Shown one piece after another: positions 11,581 through 21,605 of a DNA stretch of 55,018 nt. Within the stretch, counting starts at the first letter, position 1. Each line of letters starts with the position of its first letter. This stretch comes from Armatimonadota bacterium (GTDB lineage: Bacteria; Armatimonadota; Zipacnadia; Zipacnadales; UBA5352). The DNA is taken from positions 1 to 55,018 of the forward strand of contig JAYENL010000316.1 in NCBI GenBank assembly GCA_034722055.1, written 5' to 3'. A model generated the notes under the pieces. It did no database searches. It saw only the letters and a list, made by a program, of their open reading frames with translations, and was not told where the DNA came from. A program made the translations under genes and the position numbers.

Positions 11581-12482
11581 CGACCGGCACCTCCATCGTC
11601 GCCGGAATCGGCCGACCGGGTGTCATCACCGCGCTCGGCCGCCATCTCCTGGAGCCTGTCGCGCACAGCTTCAACGGCCGCCGGCGGCGTGGACGCCCCG
11701 GCGGTGATGCCCACGACCTCCACGCCCTCCAGCCACTCCGACCGCAGCTCATCAGCCGTCTCGATATGCTCGGTGGGCGTCCCCGTCCCGCGGCATATCT
11801 CCGCGAGGCGGTTCGTGTTGGCGCTGTGGTAGCCCCCGATGACGATCATCAGGTCCACCTCACGCGCGATCTCCACGGAGGCGCGCTGGCGCTGGGAGGT
11901 GGCGCGGCAGATGGTGTTGGCCACGCGCAGCTCTGTGGCCCTCTCGAGCAGCGCGGTCACCAGCTCCTGGAGCGCGGCCAGGCGCTGGGTGGTCTGGCAG
12001 ACCACCGCCACTCGGTCCTCGACCTCCAGGTCGTCCAGCTCGTCGGCCTTCTCCACGATGGTCGCCCGGCCGCCGGCGTGGGCCACGATGGCCCGGGCCT
12101 CCGGATGCTCTCGCTCTCCGAGCACCAGCACCTGGTACCCGTCCTCGGCGAAGCGCGCTGCGGCTTGCTGGGCCCTGCGCACGAAGGGGCAGGTGGCGTC
12201 GATGAGCTTCACGCCCCGCTCCCGTGCCTCCTCGTACACCCTCGGCTCCGCCCCGTGCGCCCGTATCAGGGCCGCCGAGCCGGGAGCCACCTCGCTGACC
12301 CCCTCCACCACCCGCATGCCGCGGCGCTCCAGCTCCTGGACCACCTGCCGGTTGTGGATCAGGGGGCCGAGGCAGGCCACCTCATGGTGGCTCTCAGTGG
12401 CCTTGTGCGCGAGCTGCAGGGCGCGCTTGACACCGAAGCAGAAGCCCGCCTCCTCGACCCCGATCACCCGCAGCTCGCTCAT
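11577..12482 (-). CDS. ispH: 4-hydroxy-3-methylbut-2-enyl diphosphate reductase
   Basis: AGFCFGVKRA, IHN, RAHG, DATCPFV, HPE, QTT, NTIC.AT, SANT, GITAGASTP. Confidence 0.97.
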   Translation of the reverse strand: MSELRVIGVEEAGFCFGVKRALQLAHKATESHHEVACLGPLIHNRQVVQELERRGMRVVEGVSEVAPGSAALIRAHGAEPRVYEEARERGVKLIDATCPFVRRAQQAAARFAEDGYQVLVLGEREHPEARAIVAHAGGRATIVEKADELDDLEVEDRVAVVCQTTQRLAALQELVTALLERATELRVANTICRATSQRQRASVEIAREVDLMIVIGGYHSANTNRLAEICRGTGTPTEHIETADELRSEWLEGVEVVGITAGASTPPAAVEAVRDRLQEMAAERGDDTRSADSGDDGGAGR

Positions 12483-13360
12483 CTGTCTCGCTCCACCACC
12501 AGCCGGGCCAGCGACTTCCAGAACTCCACCTCAGCGGGCAGCCGCCAGGCGATCTCCACCGCCTTGGCGGCCAGCCGCCGGGCCTCCTCACGGGCGCCCT
12601 CGAGGCCGATCGCGCCGGGATAGGTCTGCTTGCCGGCGGCGGCGTCCGCGCCGGTGGGCTTGCCGAGGACCGTCTGGTCGCCGACCACGTCCAGGATGTC
12701 ATCGGTGATCTGGAACAGCAGCCCCAGGGTCATGCCGTAGTCCGACATGATCTCGAGCTGCGCTTCCGGCGCGCCAGCCAGGATGGCGCCCGTGCGGCAG
12801 GCAGCGCAGATGAGCTTGGCCGTCTTGTTGACGTGGATGAAGCGCAGAAGCTTTAGGTCCGGGGGCAGCTCCTCAGCGATGATGTCCGCCTGCTCGCCGC
12901 CGATGAGGCCGCCGGCGCCAGTGAAGGCTGCGAACTCCTCCACGACCCGCAGCACCCGGGCGGAGGCGGCCTGGCGGGCCTGGCGAGCCAGGTTCTCGAA
13001 GGCCGCTACGATCAGCGCGTCCGCGGCCAGCAGCGCAGTGTGCTCATCGAAGGCCACGTGGCAGGACGGGCCGCCCCGGCGGAGGTCGCTGTCGTCGATG
13101 CAGGGGAGGTCATCATGCACCAGGGTGGCGGCGTGGAGCATCTCGAAGGCGCAGGCGGAGGGAATGACCGTCTGGGGGGCGAGCCCGAAGGTGGACGCCG
13201 AGCGCATCACCAGCACGCCCCGGATGCGCTTGCCGCCCGCCACGCTGTGACGCATGGCTGGCCCGAGGCCACGGGCTCTGGGATCGACCTCCGGCAGACA
13301 CGTGGCGAGGTGCTCCTCGATCCGGCCGGCGTCGCGCTGCAGGACCTTTCGTGCGACCAC
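12479..13360 (-). CDS. ispA: Polyprenyl (farnesyl/geranylgeranyl) diphosphate synthase
   Basis: GGKRIR, FARM HDDLPCIDDSDLRRG, KT, SARM FQITDDILD; GTG start at 13360 after GAGGAG (alternative ATG at 13408). Confidence 0.92.
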   Translation of the reverse strand: MVARKVLQRDAGRIEEHLATCLPEVDPRARGLGPAMRHSVAGGKRIRGVLVMRSASTFGLAPQTVIPSACAFEMLHAATLVHDDLPCIDDSDLRRGGPSCHVAFDEHTALLAADALIVAAFENLARQARQAASARVLRVVEEFAAFTGAGGLIGGEQADIIAEELPPDLKLLRFIHVNKTAKLICAACRTGAILAGAPEAQLEIMSDYGMTLGLLFQITDDILDVVGDQTVLGKPTGADAAAGKQTYPGAIGLEGAREEARRLAAKAVEIAWRLPAEVEFWKSLARLVVERDR

Positions 13361-13397
13361 GGATGCTCCTCTCGGTGAGGCGCCTGCTGAGTCGGGA

Positions 13398-14426
13398 TCA
13401 GTCCTCATCGCCCGAGCCCGCGGACGGCTCGCCGGTGCCTACCATGATGCGCTTGGGGGAGGGCTGCTCGACGATCTTGGTGCTCTTGACCTCGGTCTCC
13501 ACGTGGCGATCATTGTGATAGGTGTGGTGCTCGATGACGAGCTTCTTGCCGGGGGAGCCGGGGTCAGACACGAGTGTCTCGCCCTTGGGCAGGTTCACCG
13601 TGTGTGTCTTCTTCACCCCGGGCTCCACCTCTTCGCTGCGAGTGACCTCCTTGACGGTCTTGACCGTGATGCCCCGGACGGCCGGAGCCACCGTGAGCGT
13701 GTCGCCCGGGTGAATGACAGAGCCCCTCAGGCCAGGATTGAGCTTGTACAGCTCTGTCGGCGTCATGTCGTACTTGGCGGCGATCTTCTCGGGGAAGTCG
13801 CCGGGTTTGACCGTGTAGGTCTGCGCCTCCCGGCGCGTCTGTGAGAGCTGCTCCACTGCCAGGCCGATCTCGGTCAGAACGCTGTCCGCCTCGGCCCGCC
13901 TGGGCGCGATCTTCACCTCTTCGAGGAAGGTCTGCGGCTCCGCCAGCTTCTCGCCTTCCCCCAGGTACTTCGACTTGAGATCGTCGAGGACATCCTTGGC
14001 CAGCTCCTCGCTGGCCAGGTTCACCGTGGGCACACCATCAACCTCGACGGTGTAGGCGTCAACGAGCACGGTGACCCGCGGCTGCAGCATCTCCACGGCC
14101 TTCTCGACGGACAGCACCTTGTTGTCGTCCACAGGCCAGGGCTCATCCTGCCACTGCTGCTGTAGAGCCGCCTCCCCCGGCAGACCGCCGCTGCCTCGCT
14201 CCAGAAGGGTCTCGTGCACCCGCTGAGCGGCCCTCTGGTTCCTGACCAGGCAGATCTTCTCCCCGTCGATACGGATCGCCCGCGCGAACTTCTGGCGGCT
14301 GCCCAGGATCAGCAGCAGCCCCAGCAGGAAGACGAGACCCAGGAGGATCAGAGACGTGGCCCTGTAGAAGCGAACCTGGTCCCGCAGCCGTGCCAGAATA
14401 CGGTTGGTTCGCTCGTCGAAGCTCAT
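13398..14426 (-). CDS. Membrane-anchored LysM and G5 domain protein
   Basis: N-terminal TM helix; YTVKPGD...IAAKY...LYKLNP...IHPGDTL LysM; G5-like C-terminus ending IMVGT. Confidence 0.85.
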   Translation of the reverse strand: MSFDERTNRILARLRDQVRFYRATSLILLGLVFLLGLLLILGSRQKFARAIRIDGEKICLVRNQRAAQRVHETLLERGSGGLPGEAALQQQWQDEPWPVDDNKVLSVEKAVEMLQPRVTVLVDAYTVEVDGVPTVNLASEELAKDVLDDLKSKYLGEGEKLAEPQTFLEEVKIAPRRAEADSVLTEIGLAVEQLSQTRREAQTYTVKPGDFPEKIAAKYDMTPTELYKLNPGLRGSVIHPGDTLTVAPAVRGITVKTVKEVTRSEEVEPGVKKTHTVNLPKGETLVSDPGSPGKKLVIEHHTYHNDRHVETEVKSTKIVEQPSPKRIMVGTGEPSAGSGDED

Positions 14427-14580
14427 CTCAGCGATGCTCCTTCGCGGTCAGGAAGCGCCACCACCCCGGTCCTGGACAGAGCTGCTGGTCCTGCGCACAA
14501 AACCGGCGACGGATACGGATCACCGTCGCCGGCAGGATGTCAATGCCATGATCCGCGGATCGCTGTGCCACACACAGGCT

Positions 14581-15897
14581 CTACCCGGTGCCCTCCGAGA
14601 GCTTCTCGCGCAGCACCTCGACCGCCCGATCGATCTGCTGGTTGTGCCACTGCTCGCGGGTGGGCCGCTCCTCGGGATCCTCGGGCGGCTCCGGGAAGCG
14701 GACGTCGGGCTGGATGCCGCGCTCCTCGTCCTCGCCCCTGGAGATGTCGCGCTTGTTCGGCGTGAGGTAGACTGCGGTGGTGAGCACCAAGGCTGAGCCG
14801 TCGTCCAGCTCGATGACCGTCTGGACCTTGGCCTTGCCGAAGCTGGGGTGGCCCACGATGGTGGCCCGACCGGTGTCCTGCAACGCGCCGGCCACGATCT
14901 CGGAGGCACTGGCCGAGCCGCCGTTGATGAGCACCACCATGGGCACATCCTCCTCCAGCTCGATGCCGGGCAGGGCATTCAGCGGCTCGGACTCGCCCTG
15001 CCGATCGCGGATCCACGTGATGGGCGTCTCATCCAGGAAGAGGCTGGCCACGGCCACGGCCTGATCGAGCATGCCGCCGGGATCGCTGGAGAGGTCGAAC
15101 AGGAGCGCGCGCATGCCCTGCTGCTTGAGCGCATTGAGCGCCGTCCGGACCTTGCTCTCGGCCTCCCGGTTGAAGGAGCGCAGCCACAGGTAGCCGATGT
15201 CGTCCTCCAGCATTCTCGACTGCACAATGGGGAAGTCCACGCGAGCGCGGGTGATGCGGATCTTGGCCGTCTCCTCCGCGCCCTCGTGCCGGACAGTGAG
15301 GACCACGTCGGTGCCGCCCTCGCCCCGGATGAGGTCTACCACATCGGTGAGGTCCAAGCCCTTGACAGGCCTGCCATCGACGGCCAGGATGACGTCGCCC
15401 TCCATCAGGGAGGTGCTGGCGGCGGGGCCCTCCGGCAACACGCTCGCCACGGTCACCTCGCCGGTCTCCACGTCCTGCATCAGCTCCGCTCCGATGCCCT
15501 CGAAGTGCCCCTCGCTCTCGGTCTGGAAGTCCGCGTACGCCTCGGGGTCCATGAACCGGCTGTAAGGGTCTCTCAGCGAGCGGAGCATCCCCTTCAGAGC
15601 GCCGTAGGTGAGCTCGGACTGCTTCAGCTCCTCGGGGTAGACGTAGTAATCGATGATCCGCTGGCGCGCCCGCCAGTAGGTCTTGATGGGGGTGAGGTTG
15701 GTGGCGGCCGGGATGTCCGAGCCGTCCTCCAGCTCGTAGACGCCGGGCACAATCTGAGCCATCTCCACCAGGGCCGGCATCAGGCCCCCGGCCTCAATGG
15801 CCTGGGCCGTCAGCATCCCCGCCAGAAAGACCATGCAGGTGGCCGCCGCCACGGCGGCGAGCAGTGCGGCGTAACGCATCGACTGTCTCGCTCTCAC
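14581..15897 (-). CDS. ctpA: S41 carboxy-terminal processing protease (PDZ)
   Basis: DPYSRF, FEGIGA, PDZ domain, DPGG, SASASEI (catalytic Ser), FGK (catalytic Lys), GIQPDV. Confidence 0.93.
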   Translation of the reverse strand: MRARQSMRYAALLAAVAAATCMVFLAGMLTAQAIEAGGLMPALVEMAQIVPGVYELEDGSDIPAATNLTPIKTYWRARQRIIDYYVYPEELKQSELTYGALKGMLRSLRDPYSRFMDPEAYADFQTESEGHFEGIGAELMQDVETGEVTVASVLPEGPAASTSLMEGDVILAVDGRPVKGLDLTDVVDLIRGEGGTDVVLTVRHEGAEETAKIRITRARVDFPIVQSRMLEDDIGYLWLRSFNREAESKVRTALNALKQQGMRALLFDLSSDPGGMLDQAVAVASLFLDETPITWIRDRQGESEPLNALPGIELEEDVPMVVLINGGSASASEIVAGALQDTGRATIVGHPSFGKAKVQTVIELDDGSALVLTTAVYLTPNKRDISRGEDEERGIQPDVRFPEPPEDPEERPTREQWHNQQIDRAVEVLREKLSEGTG

Positions 15898-16279
15898 AGT
15901 GTCGTCCTCTCAGTGTGCGTCATGATGGCGATCGGCGAACTGCCGACTGACTCGTGCTGCGTGACAGAGGCTCACGGGATTCCCTCGCGTCGCAGCAATC
16001 CCTCTGCTCCCACGATGGAGGGGCCGGCGCGAGCGACCTACCAGGTTCTCCGCCGGCCCACCCGTTAAGTAGTGCAGGCGCCCTCGCCTGCACGCCGTTC
16101 CGGCCCTGCGCAGAGCGTCCTGGGCCGGGGTGGAACCTTCGGCCTGTGCGCTCAGCTCACAGGCCTCACCGGGCGCTACGCGCCCGGCGGCCCCTCCACC
16201 AGAATCCTGCCCATCCCCACCACAATCAGGCCCGCCGACTGCGGTCGTCGTCAAGGTGCCAGAACTTCCCGAGTGAGCG

Positions 16280-17398
16280 CTACCGCAGCGGGTTGATGGC
16301 CTTCCCGTTGCGATAGACCGTCCAGTGCAGGTGGGGGCCGGTGGAGACCCCGGTGTTGCCCACCGCGGCGATGGCCTGCCCCCGGCTGACCACCTGGCCG
16401 CGGCTGACGTAGATCCTCGAGCAGTGGCCGTACATGGTGGACCAGCCGCTGCCGTGATCGATGACCACGGTCCTCCCGTAGGCGCCCTTCCAGCCGGCGT
16501 AGATGACCTTGCCATCATCGGCGGCCTTGATGGTGGTGCCGGAGGCGGTGGCGATGTCCACGCCATTGTGGAAGCGCCGGCCGCCCCAGACCGGGTGAGT
16601 ACGGTACCCGAAGCCGCTGCTGATATACCCGGAGCAGGGCCTGAGCAGGTTGCCGGCACAGGTGCCCGTGTAGCCTCTCCCCGAGGCGGCGTGCGCCCGG
16701 ATGTAGGCCTCGATCTCGCGCTCGGCCTGCTCCAGCGCCGCGAACTCGGCCTCCAGTGAGCGGCGGTCCGTCTTGTACTTCTCGACCAGCCGCTCAGCCT
16801 CAGCCTCCCGGCGCGCCGCGACGGCCGCCTGGCGATCGGCCTCCTTCTTAAGCGCCACCGCCTCCGCCTGCTTGGCCTCCAGGGTGGCTCGCTGCTCCCG
16901 CAGCCGCTCCTCGGTCTCCACGAGTGTCCGCAGCATCTGCTCGTCCTGCTGCGCGATGAGGCGGGCGAACTCGGCCCGGCTTGCGAAGTCCTCGAAGCTG
17001 GTGGCGTTGAGGATGACCTCCAGGTAGGATGGCTCCCCAACCTCATACATCGCCAGCAGGCGCTGGGACATGGCCTTCCGATGCACGCCCAGCTCCTGTT
17101 CGGTCTGCTTGAGGTCCGCCTTGACCTCGCGCAGCTCGGCCCGGACCTCGTCCAGCCTCCGCTTTGCCGCGTCGCGCCGATCGCGCGCTGCCTGGGCCTC
17201 GTTCCGGGCCCTTGCCAGCGCAGTGCTGGCCTCAGACTGGTCCTCCTTGACCTCGCGCAGCTCCGCCTGCACCTCTCGCTGCCGGCTGCGGACGTGCGAG
17301 AGGCTCCTCTGCGCGCCGGCGTCATGCACCATGCCGCCGGCAAGCAGCACGAACAGCGCCGCCACGCACACCGCCCGGAGGACCCGGTTTCGGATCAT
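16280..17398 (-). CDS. Coiled-coil M23 peptidase (EnvC/CwlO-position murein hydrolase)
   Basis: Signal peptide, long coiled coil, M23 domain with HNGVD, YGH and GPHLH; directly downstream of ftsX. Confidence 0.92.
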   Translation of the reverse strand: MIRNRVLRAVCVAALFVLLAGGMVHDAGAQRSLSHVRSRQREVQAELREVKEDQSEASTALARARNEAQAARDRRDAAKRRLDEVRAELREVKADLKQTEQELGVHRKAMSQRLLAMYEVGEPSYLEVILNATSFEDFASRAEFARLIAQQDEQMLRTLVETEERLREQRATLEAKQAEAVALKKEADRQAAVAARREAEAERLVEKYKTDRRSLEAEFAALEQAEREIEAYIRAHAASGRGYTGTCAGNLLRPCSGYISSGFGYRTHPVWGGRRFHNGVDIATASGTTIKAADDGKVIYAGWKGAYGRTVVIDHGSGWSTMYGHCSRIYVSRGQVVSRGQAIAAVGNTGVSTGPHLHWTVYRNGKAINPLR

Positions 17399-17484
17399 GC
17401 TCGACTCACCTCTGGGTGCTGCGATCCCTGCTGCGATGAGGCTGCCTTGGCTGCGTCATGCCCCGAACACGCCCCCGCTGGCCG

Positions 17485-18381
17485 TCATACGTGCCGGAGG
17501 TAGCTGCGCAGGCCGATCCAGCTCCCCGCCACCCCAAACAGCACGCCGCACAGCAGCGTGCCCAGCCCGAGCAGCACCGTGAACGTCGGATCGTAGATGA
17601 GAGCCAGAAACTCCAGGTGCTGCTGCACGTAGGCATGGGCATAGGTGTACGACGCCAGCACCAGGACTGTTGCCAGCGCCCCGCCCATCACCCCGTGGAA
17701 GGCCCCCTCCAGGATAAAGGGCAGGCGGATGAACCAGTTCGTCGCCCCCACAAGCTGCATGATGCGAATCTCGCGCCGCCGGGCGTAGATGGTCAGCCGG
17801 ATGGTGGTGCTCACGATCAGCAGCGTCGCCATGCCCATGAGCACGGCGGCGACCAAGCCGGAGACCTTGATCCCGCGGGCCAGGGTTAGCAGCTTGTCGG
17901 TGACCTGCTGGCTGTAACTGACCTTCGCCACGCCGTCAATGTTCTCGGCGGCCTTCGCTATGGCGGGCATGTCCTGCGGGTTCTCGGGCTTGACAATGAT
18001 GGCATCCGGGAGCGGGTTGCCGCCCAGCAATACCGCCAGCGTCTCCGGATCCCCCTCCTCCAGGACGTCGGCCCAGCGCCGGACCCGGTCCTCGAATGCC
18101 TCCTCTTTGGACTTGAACTCGATGCTGGCCACGCGCCTGTCGCCGAAGAGCCTGCTCTCAACCTGGGCCCGGTCGGCATCATCCTCAAGCTCCACCCGAA
18201 TACTGGCCTTGTGAGCCTCCACGTCCGCCATGTGCTCCAGGTTCACCGTAACCAGAAAGAAGCTGCTAAGGATTATCAGCGCCACGGTCATGTTGGAGCT
18301 GGTGGCCAGGCTCATCAGCCCATTGCGGCGAATTGACTGCCAGGCCTGCTGGAGCAGGAACTCCACCATGCTAAGGTTCAT
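17485..18381 (-). CDS. ftsX: Cell division permease FtsX
   Basis: NPLPD, TIRLTIYARRREIRIMQLVGAT.WFIRLPF.LEG; four TM helices. Confidence 0.96.
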   Translation of the reverse strand: MNLSMVEFLLQQAWQSIRRNGLMSLATSSNMTVALIILSSFFLVTVNLEHMADVEAHKASIRVELEDDADRAQVESRLFGDRRVASIEFKSKEEAFEDRVRRWADVLEEGDPETLAVLLGGNPLPDAIIVKPENPQDMPAIAKAAENIDGVAKVSYSQQVTDKLLTLARGIKVSGLVAAVLMGMATLLIVSTTIRLTIYARRREIRIMQLVGATNWFIRLPFILEGAFHGVMGGALATVLVLASYTYAHAYVQQHLEFLALIYDPTFTVLLGLGTLLCGVLFGVAGSWIGLRSYLRHV

Positions 18382-19057
18382 CGTACCCGCCCCCACCGCG
18401 GGCATCCCGCACGACGGTCCCGCCCACCAGGCTGACCACCCGCTTGCGCATGCCGTCCACGATCACCCGGTCGTGGGTGGCGCACAGCACCGTGGTGCCG
18501 CGGTCGGCGATGTTGGTCAGAAGCTGCACGATCTCCCACGAGATGTCCGGGTCCAGGTTCCCGGTAGGCTCGTCGGCGAGCAGGATCGCAGGGTTGTTCA
18601 CCAGCGCCCGGGCGATGGAGACCCGTTGTTGCTCGCCACCTGACAGCTCGCTGGGCAGAGAGGCCTCCTTCTCCGAGAGGCCCACCAGCTCCAGCGCCAG
18701 GGGGACCTTGCGGAACTTCTCCCGCCGCGACGCCCCCACCACATCCAGCGCAAAGGCCACGTTCTCCCACACGTTCTTGTCCGGCAGCAGGCGGAAGTCC
18801 TGAAAGACCACACCCACGTTGCGCCGCAGCATGGGCACACGGCCGCGCGGGAGGCTCGCCACATCCTGCCCCGCGATGATGACGCGGCCCTCCGTGGGCA
18901 CCAGCTCCCGGTAGATGAGCTGCAGCAGCGTGGACTTGCCGCTGCCGGATGCCCCCACGATGAAAACGAACTCCCCGCGATCGACCTGGAGCTCTACGCC
19001 GGACAGGGCCCGCGTGCCGTCAGGATAGACGACAGTGACGCCCTCAACATGGATCAT
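18371..19057 (-). CDS. ftsE: Cell division ATP-binding protein FtsE
   Basis: GASGSGKST, GVVFQDFRLL, LSGGEQQRVSIARA, LLADEPTGNLDP. Confidence 0.97.
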   Translation of the reverse strand: MIHVEGVTVVYPDGTRALSGVELQVDRGEFVFIVGASGSGKSTLLQLIYRELVPTEGRVIIAGQDVASLPRGRVPMLRRNVGVVFQDFRLLPDKNVWENVAFALDVVGASRREKFRKVPLALELVGLSEKEASLPSELSGGEQQRVSIARALVNNPAILLADEPTGNLDPDISWEIVQLLTNIADRGTTVLCATHDRVIVDGMRKRVVSLVGGTVVRDARGGGGYDEP

Positions 19058-19124
19058 GGCTCAGCGAAAGCCCTGCTATCGTGGCATAATACTGGGTAGT
19101 GCGCGCACCCGCTCACGCCCATGG

Positions 19125-19153
19125 AGTATAGCAGAAAGGGGGTGGGGACTCAA
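19125..19153 (-). promoter_or_regulatory. Sigma70-type promoter for the ftsE operon
   Basis: TTGAGT-N17-TATACT with extended -10 TG on the minus strand. Confidence 0.6.
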
Positions 19154-19501
19154 CCGCAAGGCCACCCGAGAATGGGACCCACTCGCACAGGGAGAATGCG
19201 AGGGTTTGTTAAGTTTGTCGTAATCTCCCCTGGGGGCGGAGGAATTGGCTGTACAATGTTTGAACGTTGGCAGGGGAGGGTAGAGTATTCGTGCCGCTGT
19301 CGCGATGCGGCGACAGGCACCGCACAGCGCCCGCAAGACGGGCCTGTGACCATGTGGGCATGCCTCTGATGCCAACGATGACCGCATCTGCGGCGCCTGG
19401 TCAGATTGGCCTACGGGCCATCGCACGGGTGGGGGTTGTGGGGCCTGGAGAGCGTGCGATGGTGAGCACCATCATGACGACGTTGCCCACGGGAGGTATG
19501 C

Positions 19502-20230
19502 ATGATGCTGCGCAGAGGGTTCACGCTCATCGAGCTGTTGGTCGTGATCGCGATCATCGCGATCCTCGCTGCCATCCTCTTCCCCGTGTTCGCCCGAGCC
19601 CGGGAGAAGGCCAAACAGACCTCGTGTTTGAGCAACATGAAGCAGATCGCAACGGCCGCGGAGATGTACACCCAGGACTACGACGAGTGCTACCCCATCA
19701 ACATCTACCCCAGTGCCATCGGCGTCGTGACCTTCTACCACGAGCTGATGCCCTACATGAAGAACAACCAGATCCTGCAGTGCCCGTCGGAGCCCAGGCG
19801 CATCGGCGTGGACGAGCTGGAGGCAGCGCTGGGCGTGCCGCTTGTGCCCGGCCTGGTGGGCACCGGCTACAACGGCAACTACGCCATCTTCGAGGACGGG
19901 TATACCAGCTCCAACCCCAATCCCATCACCGGCACCTGGGGCGCGGTGGTCGCCAAGGCCCAGATACCTTATCCCGCTGAGACCTTCGTGATGGGCGACG
20001 GCGAGATCGCGACGGGGTACGGGGACATGGATGCCTTCGACTCCCCGGTGGTCGGGGCTCACAACGACGGCTTCAATGCCGCCTTCGCCGACGGTCACGC
20101 CAAGTGGATCAAGTGCGTCGAGGTGCCGTCGGTGCACTTCGTCGATCTCGGCGGAAACACTCACAACGCCTGGCGGATCCAGGGCACCCGCTACGACGGT
20201 GAGCTCCAGCTCTGGGGCATACCTCAATAG
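19502..20230 (+). CDS. Prepilin-type N-terminal cleavage / DUF1559 protein with H-X9-DG motif
   Basis: [43 protein letters not shown]-terminal [13 protein letters not shown]. Confidence 0.95.
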   Translation: MMLRRGFTLIELLVVIAIIAILAAILFPVFARAREKAKQTSCLSNMKQIATAAEMYTQDYDECYPINIYPSAIGVVTFYHELMPYMKNNQILQCPSEPRRIGVDELEAALGVPLVPGLVGTGYNGNYAIFEDGYTSSNPNPITGTWGAVVAKAQIPYPAETFVMGDGEIATGYGDMDAFDSPVVGAHNDGFNAAFADGHAKWIKCVEVPSVHFVDLGGNTHNAWRIQGTRYDGELQLWGIPQ

Positions 20231-20376
20231 AGGGCCCGCGGCGAGGATCGTGATGCGAGGGAAAAACGCGACCGTCCCACGCGGTCGCGGAATGCTGCTG
20301 GTCATGCGTCGCTTCGCACTCATGCTCGCACGCGCTCACAGGGCGGTGCGAGCACTCGCGTCAGGAGGAGAAAGCC

Positions 20377-21579
20377 ATGCTCAGACAGCGCCGGTGGCCG
20401 TTGGCGATCGCTTGCGTGTCGGTGTGTGTCCTGCTGCTGGCGACCGGATGCGCCCGTCGGTCCGCCGTGGAACCACCCCTGGCGGAGGCGGCCGCCGCCG
20501 AGGCCGCACAGGCCGCGACCGAGGTTACCGGCGAGCTCACCTCGATCGGCGAGGGCGAGGATGAGATCGCCGTCCTGCACCTGTGGGGCAGCCCCTACGA
20601 GATGGGGTACGCCCACGGCTCCCTGTGCCGCGAGCAGGTGAAGGGCCTCTATGGGCGACTGCTGGGCGCCGCCGAGGAGTTCGGCGCCAGCATGAGCACC
20701 ATCGACATGGCCTGGGCGCAGATGAAGCCGCACGTCCCCGAGCGCTACCTGCAGGAGATGCAGGGGCTGGCAGAGGGCGCGGGCGTGGACCTGAAGCTGG
20801 TACATCGGGCCCACGCCGTCCCGGACCTCTCGGAGTTCCACTGCACGTTCTTCGCCGCCTGGGGGGACTCCACGGCCGACGGCCACCTGCACCAGATCAG
20901 AGCGCTGGACTACGAGATGAACGCCGGCATCCAGAACGCGCCGGCCCTGATCGTCTGCGAGCCGGAGGGTCGCAACGCCTTCGTGAACATCGGCTGGCTG
21001 GGCTTCGTCGGCTGCGTGTCGGGCATGAGCGCCGAGCGCATGGCGCTGAGCGAGATCGGCGACCACTTCGGCGACGAGGTGGAGACCCTGGCCGGGGTCC
21101 CCATGCCCTTCCTGCTGCGGCGGGTGCTGGAGGAGGCGGACTCGCTGGACGAGGCCCTGACCATCTTCCAGGATGCCGAGCGCACCAGCTCCTATCTCTA
21201 CTGCGTCGGCGACGCAGAGATCCCCGATGCCCGAGGGCTGAAGACCAGCAATGCGTTCTGCGAAGTCTTCGCCCCCGACGATTACGGGGACCTGGCGCTG
21301 CCCAACGTCGTGGCGTGGTCCATGGGCGAGGAGAGTGAGTGGGACCAGAGGCTCTACGACGTGATGAAGCCGCTGGTCGGCCAGATCGATGAGACCACCG
21401 GCATGGAGGCGGTCATGCGCGGGATGGGCACGGGGAATCTGCACGCCGTCCACTATGAGGTGACCGACCTAGAGCTGTGGGTCGCCAACGCCACGCCCGG
21501 CCCCGACCCGCAGCCGGCCTACGACCAGCAGTTCCTGCACTTCGACCTGGCGGGCTTTCTGGCGGGCGGTGCGGAGTAA
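20377..21579 (+). CDS. C45-family / NAAA-like Ntn-hydrolase lipoprotein
   Basis: Lipobox LLATGC; GSPYEMGYAHG; autocleavage site FH-CT; RALDY; GMS. Confidence 0.82.
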   Translation: MLRQRRWPLAIACVSVCVLLLATGCARRSAVEPPLAEAAAAEAAQAATEVTGELTSIGEGEDEIAVLHLWGSPYEMGYAHGSLCREQVKGLYGRLLGAAEEFGASMSTIDMAWAQMKPHVPERYLQEMQGLAEGAGVDLKLVHRAHAVPDLSEFHCTFFAAWGDSTADGHLHQIRALDYEMNAGIQNAPALIVCEPEGRNAFVNIGWLGFVGCVSGMSAERMALSEIGDHFGDEVETLAGVPMPFLLRRVLEEADSLDEALTIFQDAERTSSYLYCVGDAEIPDARGLKTSNAFCEVFAPDDYGDLALPNVVAWSMGEESEWDQRLYDVMKPLVGQIDETTGMEAVMRGMGTGNLHAVHYEVTDLELWVANATPGPDPQPAYDQQFLHFDLAGFLAGGAE

Positions 21580-21605
21580 GAACGGGCTGACTGCGCGAGC
21601 GAATC

